This document shows positions 35,095-43,989 of a stretch of DNA of 51,251 nt, piece by piece (position 1 is the stretch's first letter; every line of letters starts with the position of its first letter). The position numbers were made by a program, and so were the translations under genes. Origin of the DNA: a virus (Duplodnaviria; Heunggongvirae; Uroviricota; Caudoviricetes); IMG/VR virus record IMGVR_UViG_2870495154_000004, positions 1 to 51,251 of that record, one strand, 5' to 3'. Under the pieces are notes generated by a model. The model worked only from the letters and a program-made list of their open reading frames with translations, had not been told where the DNA came from and searched no databases.

Positions 35095-35445
35095 TTAAGG
35101 TTGTGATTCCGGAGGAGTCTTCAGAGAACCAGTAATTCTTCCCGGTAGCTTTCCTTTGTAGGTTATCCATACATTCTGCGCCTCTAAAATTACGGGGCGC
35201 TTTTCCGGCGACTGCTCATCCCCTTCACATAACCCGGCAGCAACATCCAGGAAGACCTGTCTGATGCTCATTCTGGCTGCTGCCTCATAAAACTCCAGCG
35301 CGGCACCTTCAACACGGTCCAGCGAGATGTCCAGGTCAAAAATTTCACCGTCAAAGCGTTTTTTGTCCCGTAACGCTAAAGTTACCGTAACTTTATTCTC
35401 AAAATTGCGGATCCCTTTCACAATCAGTTCATAGTTTTGAGTCAT
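35095..35445 (-). CDS. hypothetical protein between holin and endolysin
   Basis: 116-aa ORF tightly packed in the lysis cassette; no motif recognised. Confidence 0.4.
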   Translation of the reverse strand: MTQNYELIVKGIRNFENKVTVTLALRDKKRFDGEIFDLDISLDRVEGAALEFYEAAARMSIRQVFLDVAAGLCEGDEQSPEKRPVILEAQNVWITYKGKLPGRITGSLKTPPESQP

Positions 35446-35449
35446 TGAA

Positions 35450-35665
35450 TTACTCTCCCCGTGCAGCCTTACGCTTGTCTTCTTTAATCTTGAAATAAAG
35501 ATTTGTCAGATACGTCAGCAGGCCAAACACCAGACTACCCAGCACACCTATTGCCGCCCACTGTGAGGGCGTGACTTTATCGAGCAACTGTAAAAACCAG
35601 TACCCGGCACTACCTGCTGAGGTGCCATAGGCGACACCCGTTGTTAACTTATCCATGGATTTCAT
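35450..35665 (-). CDS. S: pinholin (phage 21 S-like), dual-start MKSM motif
   Basis: [29 protein letters not shown]... closely resembles S21; two TM segments. Confidence 0.85.
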
Positions 35666-35735
35666 AACCCCACCTCGCAGACAAAGCGGGTGCTGTGTAA
35701 TGGAAATAAAAAGGCCACCTGACGTGGCCACCAAA

Positions 35736-36788
35736 TTATTTCCCCACCAGCTCGTTTATCTCTTTCACTGTCTGGTTAAACCGCTCTGACTCAAGCTCAA
35801 CACCTAAGGCCCGACGCCCCAGCGCCATTGCTGCTTTTATTGTGGAACCGGATCCCATAAAAAAATCAGCAACCAGATCACCAGGTCGACTACTGGCATT
35901 GATTATTTGCCTGAGCATATCCGCCGGTTTCTCACACGGATGTTTACCCGGGTAGAACTGAACGGGTTTATGCATCCAGACATCGGTATAAGGCACGGAG
36001 ACTGATACGGAGAAATAGCGCCGGAGAGATTTAAACTCATCCAGCAATTCAGAATATTTGCGATTCAGTGAATCATAAGATGCCACCAGCTGGTGGTGTG
36101 GTTGTTCCAGTTGTTGTTCCTGAAACTTCTCTGCCGCTATACGGGAAAACAGTGCCTGTAACTTCCGATAGTCAGCCTCATTCGGCAACTGCCACTGACT
36201 GGCACCAAACCAGTGGGAAACCATATTTTTCTTACCTGTGGCTTCGGCAATTTGTTTTGCCGTTATACCCAGTTCGGCACGAGCATCCCTGAAATACGAT
36301 ATCAGCGGTGCCATTATGTGCTGTTTGAGTTCCCTTTCTTTTGCCGCATAGCCGTCACTTTTGCCGCGATATGGCCCCTGGTAATGTTCAGCAAACAGAA
36401 CGCGCTCTGTGGCAGGAAAATATGCGCGCAGACTTTCTTTATTACATCCATTCCAACGTCCGGACGGCTTCGCCCAGATGATATGGTTAAGCACGTTGAA
36501 ACGTTCACGCATCATGATCTCAATATCAGATGCCAGACGATGCCCACAGAACAGGTAAAGGCTTCCGGCAGGTTTTAACACCCGCCAGAACTGGGCCAGA
36601 CAGTGGTCCAGCCACTTAAGGTAATCTTCGTCCCCTTTCCACTGATTGTCCCAACCGTTGGGTTTCACCTTGAAGTAAGGCGGATCGGTAACAATCAGGT
36701 CAATGGAATCATCAGGCAGGGACTGAATAAAATGCAGGCAATCAGCGTTGATTAAATCAACACTGTTTATTTTTACAGTATTTTTCAT
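35736..36788 (-). CDS. DNA methyltransferase (N6-adenine/N4-cytosine class, DPPY motif)
   Basis: 350 aa; LIVTDPPYF motif near N-terminus and FFMGSGST near C-terminus. Confidence 0.8.
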
Positions 36789-36938
36789 GGATCAGTAAGC
36801 GTAACTCTGGTAGGCTCACTCTGCTTTTGCGCTAAAGCAGTGGGCCGTGGTTCGCTTGTGACCAGTAAGCATGAGCGAATGGCTGGCAGGTGCTACCAAC
36901 ACCCACCAGCCGCCCATTTTCACAGCAGGAAACCGCCA

Positions 36939-37166
36939 TTACTGGCAGCGTCTGAATTTATTCCCATACCCGCCGTTATCCTTCGCCAGACCCGCCAGAA
37001 CTAACTGAGTCAGTATTAACTGGCACCGGGCTTCGCTTACTCCGGTAGTTCTCGTCATCATGCGTGGCGTTACCCACTTGTCAGCAGGTAGGAAATGAAG
37101 GACTACGGCGGCGGTTTCTGTCATATCTTGCTGTTTTAGCATGTCTTTTTCCCTTCTGGTTAACAT
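36939..37166 (-). CDS. FaeA-like small winged-helix regulator
   Basis: 75-aa ORF; AVVLHFL...WVTPRMMTRTTGVSEARCQLILTQLVLAGLA resembles FaeA-like HTH proteins. Confidence 0.4.
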   Translation of the reverse strand: MLTRREKDMLKQQDMTETAAVVLHFLPADKWVTPRMMTRTTGVSEARCQLILTQLVLAGLAKDNGGYGNKFRRCQ

Positions 37167-37264
37167 GACATACCAATAACTCTTGTCTAAAAAGCCAGCA
37201 AGATAAAAAGCCAGTATTCACGACCACCAGCGTGTTTACTGTACTGCACCAGGTTTACAGGTAC

Positions 37265-37289
37265 AAAAAAACCGCTCAACTGCGGTTTT
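37265..37289 (-). terminator. rho-independent terminator (minus-strand orientation)
   Basis: AACCGC-loop-GCGGTT hairpin followed by a T-run on the minus strand. Confidence 0.55.
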
Positions 37290-37355
37290 AAGGAAGGAGT
37301 CGAAGTAACCACTCTTAACATGATACAATTATTTTTGCGGACCGCGTAAGCGTTT

Positions 37356-37389
37356 ATATAGTGTCAACATGCCAAAGATGACACTATAT
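37356..37389. promoter_or_regulatory. palindromic operator-like element in a promoter-rich region upstream of the NYN gene
   Basis: 10-bp inverted arms ATATAGTGTC / GACACTATAT, 14-bp spacer; TTGACA hexamers at 37391 and 37433. Confidence 0.4.
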
Positions 37390-37542
37390 GTTGACAGCAG
37401 AAAAAATTTACATTTAAACAGTGCAAAATTTGTTGACAACGCAAATGTCAATAGTTAATTATTGCGTCACCAGCTCAGCACTGTTCGTAGATAATATTTA
37501 GGGTCTACTCAACGGTTCTGAGCTTTTTTTGTGAGTTTTTCA

Positions 37543-38406
37543 ATGAAGAAAACAGCAGTCTTGATTGACGGCGGCTACTTCATCCGTCGGATTGATTACT
37601 TTCTACGAAAACATTTCCCTGGGCATGAGTTAGACAGCCAACAACTTGTTAAAATAATCTGGCGAATTGTTAAATTTCATGTAGAGGTTCCACATGGTGC
37701 TCACGCTGACCGTGAACCACTTGAGCTTTACCGTATTTACTATTACGACTGCCCGCCGCTTGATAAACAGATTAAGTATCCTTTGCCTGATGGAGACAAC
37801 AAAACCCCATCAACTAAAAACTTCAAGACACATGCTCCGAATGTTTTACGAAACAAGCTTCATGAGGAGCTAAGGAAGAATCGTAAAACGGCACTTCGTA
37901 TGGGTATTCTTTCAAACGTCGGTAACTGGCAAATAAAAGAACATACTCTTAAGAAACTATTACGTAATGAAATTCAATGGTCTGAGTTAACTAACGACGA
38001 TTTCTACTACGAATATAAACAAAAAGCCGTCGATATTAAGCTTGGTATGGATATAACTATCCTTGCTCATGAGAAACTAGTTGATGTGATCGTCCTGATT
38101 GCTGGCGATGCTGATTTCGTTCCTGCCGCTAAACATGCCCGTATAAAGGGTGTGGATTTTATCCTCGATCCAATGAACCAACAAGTTCCTCCCTCACTGG
38201 CAGAGCACGTCGATGGAGTGCAATCGAGCAACATTGTTGTTGCAATTGCTGATATTTGCAGAATCGTCCCAACAGTAAAACCTGATTGGTGGGACGATTA
38301 TATTGACAGACGCAAAGAGAAAAAACTCAATCGTCAAAAGAAAACAAAATCATCTAAGAACGAGCCCAAGAAAAAAACACTTCAATCTGAAACATCCCCG
38401 GCTTAA
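37543..38406 (+). CDS. NYN-domain (PIN-like RNase fold) protein
   Basis: AVLIDGGYF ... DIKLGMDI ... LIAGDADFVPA acidic motifs; lysine-rich tail; AT-rich; opposite strand to flanking phage genes. Confidence 0.6.
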   Translation: MKKTAVLIDGGYFIRRIDYFLRKHFPGHELDSQQLVKIIWRIVKFHVEVPHGAHADREPLELYRIYYYDCPPLDKQIKYPLPDGDNKTPSTKNFKTHAPNVLRNKLHEELRKNRKTALRMGILSNVGNWQIKEHTLKKLLRNEIQWSELTNDDFYYEYKQKAVDIKLGMDITILAHEKLVDVIVLIAGDADFVPAAKHARIKGVDFILDPMNQQVPPSLAEHVDGVQSSNIVVAIADICRIVPTVKPDWWDDYIDRRKEKKLNRQKKTKSSKNEPKKKTLQSETSPA

Positions 38407-38413
38407 GCCGGGG
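38396..38413. terminator. perfect palindrome CCCCGGCTTAAGCCGGGG between convergent NYN and Q (likely bidirectional terminator)
   Basis: 7-bp GC stem, 4-nt loop containing the NYN stop codon; 5 bp from the Q stop. Confidence 0.5.
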
Positions 38414-38418
38414 TTTCA

Positions 38419-38784
38419 CTAATCCATTTCAAGTTTAACATCCAGAATTGAAAGGCATCCATCAATAAACCCCTCAGCCATCTGTATCTCAATGCGTATT
38501 AGTTTCTCATCCTTTCCACGCGCCTTTGCAATCTTACGCTTGGATATTCTGTATAAATAATGTGCCACAAGAAGCGAATGCTCATCAGGTCTTTTTTGCT
38601 TTAGACGTGCAAGACAACCTTCAATAATTAATGCATCACTATCTGAACAAGCCTGACGTGTTTTGCTTGTATAGGGAAGAAGCCCTTTAAACCCAGCAGC
38701 TATAGGAGAATAATCTACTCCTGAACTATCACTCGCCGCCCATGCTCCCCAACGATCCAGAACCATCTGAATATCACGCATCAC
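38419..38784 (-). CDS. Q: late antiterminator Q (phage 82 type)
   Basis: MRDIQMVLDRWGAWAA...IAAGFKGLL...EGCLARLK...LIRIEIQMAEGFIDGCLSILDVKLEMD matches Q82 family. Confidence 0.85.
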   Translation of the reverse strand: MMRDIQMVLDRWGAWAASDSSGVDYSPIAAGFKGLLPYTSKTRQACSDSDALIIEGCLARLKQKRPDEHSLLVAHYLYRISKRKIAKARGKDEKLIRIEIQMAEGFIDGCLSILDVKLEMD

Positions 38785-38799
38785 CTTTCTCCGAAAAAA

Positions 38800-39795
38800 T
38801 CAGGCCAGCACGCCAATTGCCAGCGCGCGATCGATAAAACGAAATATCAGCTCCAGCTGGGAGCCATACTTTTCTTCAAATGCCACGGTATCCGCATGCA
38901 GCTCGTCGTGATGCTTTCTGCACAAAGGCAACACAAAAAGGTCATGCGCTTTTGTTCCCATTCCACCCTGACCGTAACCTATCAGGTGGTGGGGATCATC
39001 AGCGGGCTTTCCACAACATGCACACGGCTGTGTCTTAACCCAGCGCGTGTACTTTTCATTAACCCAGCGGCGACGTTTTGGGCGTAACATAAAAGACTCC
39101 GGCGACTCCGGATCCACTTTCAGCGCCAGCACCTTTTTCGCCTTATCCTGGATGATGCTGGTGGCAGGAACCGAAGGCACAAGGTCACTTTCCCGGGTGA
39201 CAGACGGCACAACAGGCTTCGGTAATCTAAGTGCCTTACGGGCTGCACTTTCCGGTAAGGCATCCGCCAGGTCATTACGAATCAGCCACCAGCACAGTTC
39301 CGGCATTGTCACAACGTGACTGTCATCAAAACCGAGATCCCGACGCACAACAGACAACACCCAGCGGGCACAGTTATCCGTTGCCATTGATTCCAGCCGT
39401 TCCGTGAACTGATCGCGCAGCTGGTTATCGCAGTGCCAGCACAGACGGATTGCGCCCGGAGCGTGTCGCATTGTGGTCATGTTCTCGCTGTGCCAGTCGG
39501 AATGAGGCCACTGGCAGCCTTTTTCACGAAGTAACCAGCTTTCAAGACATTCCACGCCACCAGCACGACGGATCACTGCCTCATTGCGGAACACGGCCCG
39601 AACGGCAGGATCATCCGCCAGCGGTTGTGATGCCGCCGGAACGGCACCACTGGCGAAAGATGAATAACGTTCCGGCTCAGGCTCCAGCAGGACACGCCCC
39701 TGCATAAACAGGGGCATCAGCTCTGAACCTGGCCTGAACAATACGATCCCCATACGCGGGGCAATTTCAGGAGTCAGTAGTGCTCTCACGGTCAC
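38800..39795 (-). CDS. DUF968-family protein (YdfU-like) with C-terminal Cys/His HNH-like motif
   Basis: 331 aa; CACCGKPADDPHHL...CRKHHDELH; typical neighbour of Q. Confidence 0.6.
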   Translation of the reverse strand: MTVRALLTPEIAPRMGIVLFRPGSELMPLFMQGRVLLEPEPERYSSFASGAVPAASQPLADDPAVRAVFRNEAVIRRAGGVECLESWLLREKGCQWPHSDWHSENMTTMRHAPGAIRLCWHCDNQLRDQFTERLESMATDNCARWVLSVVRRDLGFDDSHVVTMPELCWWLIRNDLADALPESAARKALRLPKPVVPSVTRESDLVPSVPATSIIQDKAKKVLALKVDPESPESFMLRPKRRRWVNEKYTRWVKTQPCACCGKPADDPHHLIGYGQGGMGTKAHDLFVLPLCRKHHDELHADTVAFEEKYGSQLELIFRFIDRALAIGVLA

Positions 39796-39796
39796 C

Positions 39797-40594
39797 TCAA
39801 TGAACGGTATCGAGCAGCTTTAACAGCTCAGGGAATCGGGATTCGAAGAAATGCGGCTGCGTCTCGCGCGGATTTGCGGGACTGGTGATGTTCTTGCCGA
39901 ACATGCAGCCTTTCGCTGTCAGCGACCAGAATTTTTTGATGTTGTTAATCGCGGTACGGCTGTATCGTTCGCGCTGCTCGACGATCCCCAGCTTCGCCAT
40001 CTGGTGATATGCCTGATTAGCTGTCAGGCGGATACCATACTGTTTCAGCAGTGCACTCAGCGACAGCGTAGGGCGACTTGAGCCATCAGGCGCGTCAGCA
40101 GGAGCATCAATGGCATAGTGTGGTGCCAGATTCGGTAAGCCAACAGCCTCCTGGAGTTTCTGACAGGCCCCAAGCACAGATGAGTTAGACAGGTTTAACT
40201 CCCGGCGCATAAAGTCCAGCAGAATCACGCCAGCCTGCATCTTGTCAGCAGCCTGCCCGGATATTTTTTCCGGTGTGCTGGTTACCATATCGAAAGTACG
40301 GATCACCTTCAGATGGAATGACGGGCTGATCCACATTGCATAGGCATACACCAGTTCTTTGCAGACATACGTCCCCTGGTTATTTCCGCCACGACTAACG
40401 TTAACTGGCTCTATATTGACCGAGTTGCAAATCTGCAACTCGCTTATTAAACGTTCGGTTTGCTCATTGCGGAGCCAGAATGCAGGCTTATGCTTATCCT
40501 GAGAACCGGCAGCCCTGTGCAGATCGTTCAGGCTGTAACGCCCATAAGCATCACGACGAACTTCAATACCATCAATAACCATCAGATTATTCAT
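39797..40594 (-). CDS. KilA-N domain protein (antirepressor-like)
   Basis: N-terminal MVIDGIEVRRDAYGRYSLNDLHRAAG...KPAFWLRNEQT is KilA-N-like. Confidence 0.6.
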   Translation of the reverse strand: MNNLMVIDGIEVRRDAYGRYSLNDLHRAAGSQDKHKPAFWLRNEQTERLISELQICNSVNIEPVNVSRGGNNQGTYVCKELVYAYAMWISPSFHLKVIRTFDMVTSTPEKISGQAADKMQAGVILLDFMRRELNLSNSSVLGACQKLQEAVGLPNLAPHYAIDAPADAPDGSSRPTLSLSALLKQYGIRLTANQAYHQMAKLGIVEQRERYSRTAINNIKKFWSLTAKGCMFGKNITSPANPRETQPHFFESRFPELLKLLDTVH

Positions 40595-40613
40595 ACTTCG
40601 TTTCTCCTCTTAA

Positions 40614-41003
40614 TCAGGCGGCTGCACCCGCCGGTTTCTCATACTTACTGATAGTGATCTCGACCTTCCCTTCCGGGATAACCGGTCCCCACTCCACCAG
40701 CATTCTTTTCACCTGACTGTCGTCTTCCCACACCCCCGCGTGGGTCAGGGCGTCAAACAGCGCCTTGTTATAGTTGTCCAGATCGCGGATCCGGTTATCC
40801 GGAGGAAACAACACGATCTCCACTGAAGCAGGTGCCGACGTTGGTTTCGGCAGACGACGTAACTGCTCAACTATTGCTGCGCACGCCGCGCTCTGGAATT
40901 TTCGCCCCGCCGCGCTTATCAGACTCTTACCAGCAAACGCCCCTTTGTTGGGGTGTCGCCAGTACGTGTTCACGCTGGGCGGGAAAGGCAGGATCAGCTT
41001 CAT
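40614..41003 (-). CDS. rusA: Holliday junction resolvase RusA
   Basis: LPFPPSVNTYWRH...DLDNYNKALFDALTHAGVWEDDSQV matches RusA family. Confidence 0.85.
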   Translation of the reverse strand: MKLILPFPPSVNTYWRHPNKGAFAGKSLISAAGRKFQSAACAAIVEQLRRLPKPTSAPASVEIVLFPPDNRIRDLDNYNKALFDALTHAGVWEDDSQVKRMLVEWGPVIPEGKVEITISKYEKPAGAAA

Positions 41004-41326
41004 ACTTTCAGGCCCCTCTCATGTAACCAGTGGGCTGCACGCAGCCTGGCGTTTTCCTCACCGACAAGCAGTGAGCGGATAATCCCGACCGCCTCGCTGT
41101 CGTCGTCCTTCACCGCGGTATGAAGCGTGATGCCCCGGGCCACGCCACGCTTTATCGTGATGACGCCTTTTTTCTCCAGTGCGCGAAGATGCTCTACCGC
41201 TGCATTCACTGAACGGTATCCCAGCATGGTTGCCACCTCCTGATTGGTTGGCGGAAAGCCACGCTCTTTCTGATAAGAAATCAGCATATCCAGCACCTGC
41301 TGCTGGCATTGAGTTAACGTCGTCAT
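41000..41326 (-). CDS. LexA N-terminal DNA-binding-domain-like protein (no peptidase domain)
   Basis: LTQCQQQVLDMLISYQKERGFPPTNQEVATMLGYRSVNAAVEHLRALEKKGVI parallels the LexA winged-HTH; ORF ends about 108 aa; start overlaps upstream stop. Confidence 0.5.
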   Translation of the reverse strand: MTTLTQCQQQVLDMLISYQKERGFPPTNQEVATMLGYRSVNAAVEHLRALEKKGVITIKRGVARGITLHTAVKDDDSEAVGIIRSLLVGEENARLRAAHWLHERGLKV

Positions 41327-41820
41327 TACGCCCCCACGTAATTCCCTGACAGATACCACTCATCACTCGATACAGCGCGCTTGCTGCTTTTCCGTAAACA
41401 CTGCTCACGACGCGCCAGAAAATTGTTTCGTTCTGGCTGGGAATGGCTTTCACGGAATGCCGCCATCCACACCGTTGCAGCACGACGGTATAAGCCCCTG
41501 GACTCCAGTTCTTCAGCCTGGCGGGTCAGGCACAAAATCTCCCGCGGGTCGTTAGTGCCGACATAGAAATTGCGCACAGGTCTGGTTTCACGAACTGGTT
41601 GCGGTTCCGCCTCCTGCGCTCTCTCAGTCAGGCGCGGGAAATGTCTGCGTGTATCCCCTTCACAACGGTGAGCCACACGACCACTCTGACGTAACTTGCT
41701 TGCTGACTGCAGAACGCGCTGCCGTGAGTAACCTGCAAAAGCATCCGCAATGTCTCCGGAAGTACACCCCGGATGGGCTTCAATGTATTTCTGAACTTCA
41801 TTCAAAAGACTCATGATCAC
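41326..41820 (-). CDS. hypothetical protein, possible PerC-like regulator
   Basis: 164-aa ORF downstream of O-like gene; AEELESRGLYRRAATVWMAAF resembles PerC-type motifs (weak). Confidence 0.35.
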   Translation of the reverse strand: MIMSLLNEVQKYIEAHPGCTSGDIADAFAGYSRQRVLQSASKLRQSGRVAHRCEGDTRRHFPRLTERAQEAEPQPVRETRPVRNFYVGTNDPREILCLTRQAEELESRGLYRRAATVWMAAFRESHSQPERNNFLARREQCLRKSSKRAVSSDEWYLSGNYVGA

Positions 41821-42758
41821 CCCCTGAATCCTGCCGGGATCTGGCTGTAGTCCACGTTGTCGTAACTGGCTTTGAAGTACGGGTCTTCGCGTTTTTCGGT
41901 GTACGTGCTGACGGACGGCGATAAGCGCAGGGAAAGCTCATCCCATTTTTCCCGCAGCTTCGACGGGCTGAGCACGTTACGGCACCAGAACGGATCGCGG
42001 CTGACGCGGCTGTACATCTCGCAGATTTGTTTGTGAGTACGACCATCCTGCACACACATCAGGCGAATTTCGTTTGCCCAGGCTGTCCAGTTCGGTTCTT
42101 TGGGACGAACCACCTCGCCGTCACATTCGGCGGCCTGCTCGTACAGGGCGATGATTTTTTTCCAGAGCCACTGTGCGCAGGTCAAATCATCCTGCGTTCC
42201 CCACTGGCGCTTTTTAGGGCTGAATACAACCGCATTAGGATGGCGAGTTAAAAACTCCTGTTCAGCCGTCTGCGTGTCCGGTTGCGAAGCGTCCGGACGA
42301 GAAGTTTTTTTATCTGACGGATCATGTTTTGATTTTACTGACGGATCCCCGCCAGATTCTGACGGGTGAAAACCCGCTTTTTTGCCAGATTTCGACGCAT
42401 CAAATTTTGACGGGTCAGATTTTGATGCGTCAGATTTTGACGGGTCAGAATCTGACAATTGAGAAAATGCCGCTGCCTGAAGCTTCGCAACGTTAAGCTG
42501 ATAAACATTCGACGCATTGCGGTTACCCTGGCGACGCGCCTTACGCGTTAACCAGCCTTCTGCTTCCAGCCGTGCGATAGCCGTTCTGACGGTACTCATC
42601 CCCGCGCCAATCTGACGGGCAATGGTTTCAATTGATGGCCAGCACACACCTTCGTCATTACTGAAATCAGCCAGGCGGGCCATAATTGCCACGCTGGATA
42701 ATTTCATGCCTGACGCAGCGCAACCATCCCATACATAGCCGGTTAATTTAGTGCTCAT
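41817..42758 (-). CDS. replication initiation protein, lambda O-like N-terminal HTH, with internal iteron-encoded repeat
   Basis: N-terminus MSTKLTGYVWDGCAASGMKLSSVAIMARLADFSNDEGVCWPSIETIA is Phage_rep_O-like; internal SKSDASKSDPSKFDASKS repeat. Confidence 0.75.
   Translation of the reverse strand: MSTKLTGYVWDGCAASGMKLSSVAIMARLADFSNDEGVCWPSIETIARQIGAGMSTVRTAIARLEAEGWLTRKARRQGNRNASNVYQLNVAKLQAAAFSQLSDSDPSKSDASKSDPSKFDASKSGKKAGFHPSESGGDPSVKSKHDPSDKKTSRPDASQPDTQTAEQEFLTRHPNAVVFSPKKRQWGTQDDLTCAQWLWKKIIALYEQAAECDGEVVRPKEPNWTAWANEIRLMCVQDGRTHKQICEMYSRVSRDPFWCRNVLSPSKLREKWDELSLRLSPSVSTYTEKREDPYFKASYDNVDYSQIPAGFRG
42386..42457. repeat. replication origin iterons (five tandem ~15-bp repeats inside the O-like gene)
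   Basis: tandem CAGATTTTGACGGGT-like units; same arrangement as lambda ori. Confidence 0.6.
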
Positions 42759-42767
42759 GACCGACCT

Positions 42768-43106
42768 CTATTTCCCTGAATTTACGACGAAACTGTTCGA
42801 GCGGACTGAAGCATTCATGCTCATAGCCTTCGCGGAGGTAGATAACCCGTTGTGTTTCCGGCTCCCAACGAATGACTCTGACGGGTACTCCGTAGTGATC
42901 TTTGAACCAGCGGTTAACTTGTCGCAAAGGACTGTCTCCTTTTGCCGGTTAAAATCACCCACAGCCCACTCTGCAAAGCTGTGGGTTACAATTACCCTGC
43001 CACCTGGTACATTTACTGCATAGCAATACTCCACCTTCGCTTTTCCACCCGGTACAGGAAGCGCAATCAGTTGCGAGCGACGGTAGTGTGTTGTTAAACT
43101 GTTCAT
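42768..43106 (-). CDS. small hypothetical ORF between CII-like and O-like genes
   Basis: 112-aa ORF filling the gap; competing plus-strand ORF 42751-43023; no motif. Confidence 0.2.
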   Translation of the reverse strand: MNSLTTHYRRSQLIALPVPGGKAKVEYCYAVNVPGGRVIVTHSFAEWAVGDFNRQKETVLCDKLTAGSKITTEYPSESFVGSRKHNGLSTSAKAMSMNASVRSNSFVVNSGK

Positions 43107-43699
43107 GCGTTAGTTTCTCCACAGTCACGACACGCCACGGCGCCCGGAGCTGCACACTCGCGGGCGTCACTACTTTCTGAAACGCAAAAGATTTTGTAGA
43201 CCAGAGCTGCATGCTCCTGCAGCTTCGAAATTGAGAGGTACAGCTCATCGTTAATTGCTGTCTTCTCATGCGGTTCCACTACACCGTCTTCAATTGCTGA
43301 ACGAATCTGTCTGGAATAACTGCCGATCTGTTCAATGACTTCCAGCAGACGCTGGTTAATATCGGCATTGTCCACATCCTCGACGTCAGGAAGAGACACA
43401 AAGATGCCATTTGCAGACTGCGCCACAGCGTCAGCAATGAAGTGAGTTCCACCAGCACGTTGCAAAATCATTGCCCATCCCAGCGGGAAAATCTGATCGC
43501 CATCGGCACGAAGGCGGTTAAATAATGCGTTCTCTGTTACATCCAGCCAGTCAGCTGCTTCAGCGTAACCACCCGGCAACTTTGCGATAGTTTTTCTGAC
43601 AGCTTTCACGTACCACTCAGGCTGTTTTTCTACTTTCCAGTGATGCTTACCCACGGTTAGCCTCATCGTTCTGTGGTTTCTGTTAATCGATTTATCCAT
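43103..43699 (-). CDS. CII-like regulatory protein (CP76 phage-regulator family)
   Basis: ATG overlaps cro stop (AATGGATAA coupling); [22 protein letters not shown]...FIADAVAQ resembles CP76-type CII; alternative starts 43711 and 43768. Confidence 0.5.
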   Translation of the reverse strand: MDKSINRNHRTMRLTVGKHHWKVEKQPEWYVKAVRKTIAKLPGGYAEAADWLDVTENALFNRLRADGDQIFPLGWAMILQRAGGTHFIADAVAQSANGIFVSLPDVEDVDNADINQRLLEVIEQIGSYSRQIRSAIEDGVVEPHEKTAINDELYLSISKLQEHAALVYKIFCVSESSDARECAAPGAVACRDCGETNA

Positions 43700-43892
43700 T
43701 AGATTTTTCATAAAGCTCAGGTTTAAATGGCAACCGTCCGCAAGTTCTATATGCAGCTTCTGCTGCACGTCCTTTTGGAATTAACTGGCCCGGACGGTTT
43801 CGCCACTGATAAACGGCTTCAGTTGTTATGCCGAAAAAAGCAGCAACTTTCTCAATACTGCCGAAGTAGCTTTCGATATCGTCAGTTGTCAT
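43692..43892 (-). CDS. cro: Cro-like repressor
   Basis: 66-aa HTH protein divergent from cI across the operator region. Confidence 0.75.
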   Translation of the reverse strand: MTTDDIESYFGSIEKVAAFFGITTEAVYQWRNRPGQLIPKGRAAEAAYRTCGRLPFKPELYEKSNG

Positions 43893-43904
43893 ACGCCCTC
43901 CAAA

Positions 43905-43967
43905 CTAAGTTTTGTTAGATGCTAATTACAAATCTATCTTTGGTCAATAAAAACTAAGATTACTTAG
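43905..43967. promoter_or_regulatory. OR-like region with two CTAAG-N4-(C/G)TTAG operators between cro and cI
   Basis: CTAAGTTTTGTTAG (43905-43918) and CTAAGATTACTTAG (43954-43967) in the 97-bp divergent intergenic region. Confidence 0.55.
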
Positions 43968-43989
43968 CGATTAAAGAAATGGTGCTCCT

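Noticed and set aside
36789-38418. Possible Shiga toxin or other toxin cargo between Q and the lysis genes
   Set aside because: No A/B toxin ORFs or tRNA genes present; the slot holds the NYN gene, a FaeA-like gene and a methyltransferase.
42751-43023. 90-aa plus-strand ORF in the CII-O gap
   Set aside because: Opposite to the flanking operon and overlapping an equally unsupported minus-strand ORF; neither can be confirmed.
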